Below are positions 63,015-64,000 of a stretch of 64,000 bases of DNA, one piece after another; within the stretch, counting starts at the first letter, position 1, and every line of letters starts with the position of its first letter. The stretch lies in NCBI RefSeq assembly GCF_009914755.1, contig NC_060932.1; one strand, given 5' to 3'. Made by a program: the position numbers and the translations under genes. The stretch comes from the human T2T-CHM13v2.0 reference genome, Homo sapiens. Under the pieces are notes generated by a model. It searched no databases, was not told the origin of the DNA, and was given only the letters and a program-made list of their open reading frames with translations.

Positions 63015-63550
63015 TTTCCCGGCTCCGGCAGGGCGAGGGCACACACGCGGGGCCGCTGGACTGCGCGCGGGGCCGGGGCTCGCTCACCCCAGAAGGAATT
63101 TCACCTTCCGAGAGACCCACCTCGGACTCGCAGCCTCTTCTGCAGCGAGGACGGGGTGCACCAGACCGACTGTTCTCTGCCCAAAATAATAACAGTAATT
63201 TAAAAAGCCAAACCGCTCTGTAGGGTATTCGCCTACAAGCAGCGCTCGGCTCCTGGCCTTAAAAATGCCGGGAGAAGACTGACAATCAGGCCACCACTGG
63301 TGCCCACTACGGAAACGGCAAAGCCCATCTTGATGCAGAGAAAATCGCCCGCTGACCCGGGGCCAGCGCCATTGAAAAACGCAAGATTTTCCAATTTAAT
63401 AAATTTTTCTGCAATTAAAAAAAAATCGCCCAACAGCAGAGCGGGTCAGCTCGCGGCGTCCGGATCTGTTGCTCGCAGCTGCGGCCGCCGCCTCCTTTTC
63501 ACTCCTGCGCGCCCGGCCCCGGCGCTCGCTCTGGCTGGGCTCCCGGGGAC
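63015..63550 (-). other. MTSS1: MTSS1 5' UTR / non-coding part of exon 1 (TSS position approximate)
   Basis: Contiguous with the start codon and inside the CpG island. The upper boundary is inferred, not visible in the sequence. Confidence 0.6.
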
Positions 63551-64000
63551 GTTCGGAGGGGCGCACGCGCGCTCGCGGCCGTGCCCGCCAAGCGGAGGCG
63601 CGCTCTCGCGGCCGTGCGGCCGCCGCACGCGGGCGGGGCTGGGAGCGCGCGCCCGAGAGGCGCGTGGGGCACCCGCCGCAAAGAGGAGCCTGCTGGTCTG
63701 CTGGCGGGCAGGCGGCACTGGGCCGGAGCCTCTCCCTCCGGTGCGCACAGCGCACCCTCTCCTCCCCCGGCCGCCCGTCGCAGCGCGGAGAGGGCGTGTC
63801 GGCACCCTGCCTGGCGAGCGCCCACCCTACAATGGCTGCGAGCGCGCGGGACGGAGGGTGCACCGCCGCTCCCCGGGGACTTGCACGGGTGGCGCGCCTA
63901 GCCCAGAGCCCGCTTGTAGTGAGCGCTCAGTAGGGCGGGAAAGCTGCTGCCGCTACTGCGGCCTTCTGAGAAGACGCCCATTCTCTGATGTCAGGACTGC

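Larger units (their letters stand above)
62300..64000. promoter_or_regulatory. CpG island promoter of MTSS1
   Basis: Abrupt rise in GC and CpG density against a CpG-depleted background. Several GC boxes (GGGCGG) and CGCG clusters surround exon 1. Confidence 0.92.

Noticed and set aside
62222-63933. Many 100-190 aa Arg/Pro/Gly/Ala-rich ORFs on both strands
   Set aside because: They reflect stop-codon scarcity in a CpG island. Only 62943-63014 matches a known protein, and the rest of the 62616..63044 ORF is UTR or intron read-through.

Overview
Primate (almost certainly human or hominoid) genomic DNA containing the 5' end of MTSS1 (MIM, missing-in-metastasis; I-BAR/IMD protein) on the minus strand. 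The right end (~62.3-64 kb) is a CpG-island promoter and first exon. Coding exons 1-3 are at 62943-63014, 39180-39241 and 34576-34649. They have GT-AG boundaries and splice in frame to MEAVIEKECSALGGLFQTIISDMK-GSYPVWEDFINKAGKLQSQLR-TTVVAAAAFLDAFQKVADMATNTR(G). Intron 1 is 23.7 kb, intron 2 is 4.5 kb and intron 3 (>34.5 kb) runs off the left end. The rest is intronic: about 30 Alus, a THE1 solo LTR, L1M/L2/MIR remnants, hAT MITEs and simple repeats. Nearly all ORF-track entries are Alu- or repeat-derived noise. I see no new multi-gene system. The most unusual items are: (1) a ~220-bp inverted copy of nearby DNA pasted into an Alu with a microhomology junction; (2) an Alu whose right arm is triplicated as a 3x99-bp array; (3) a perfect RFX X-box in intron 3; (4) two uORFs in the MTSS1 leader; (5) inverted Alu pairs bracketing exons 2-3. 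Repeat boundaries and subfamily names were read by eye and are approximate.
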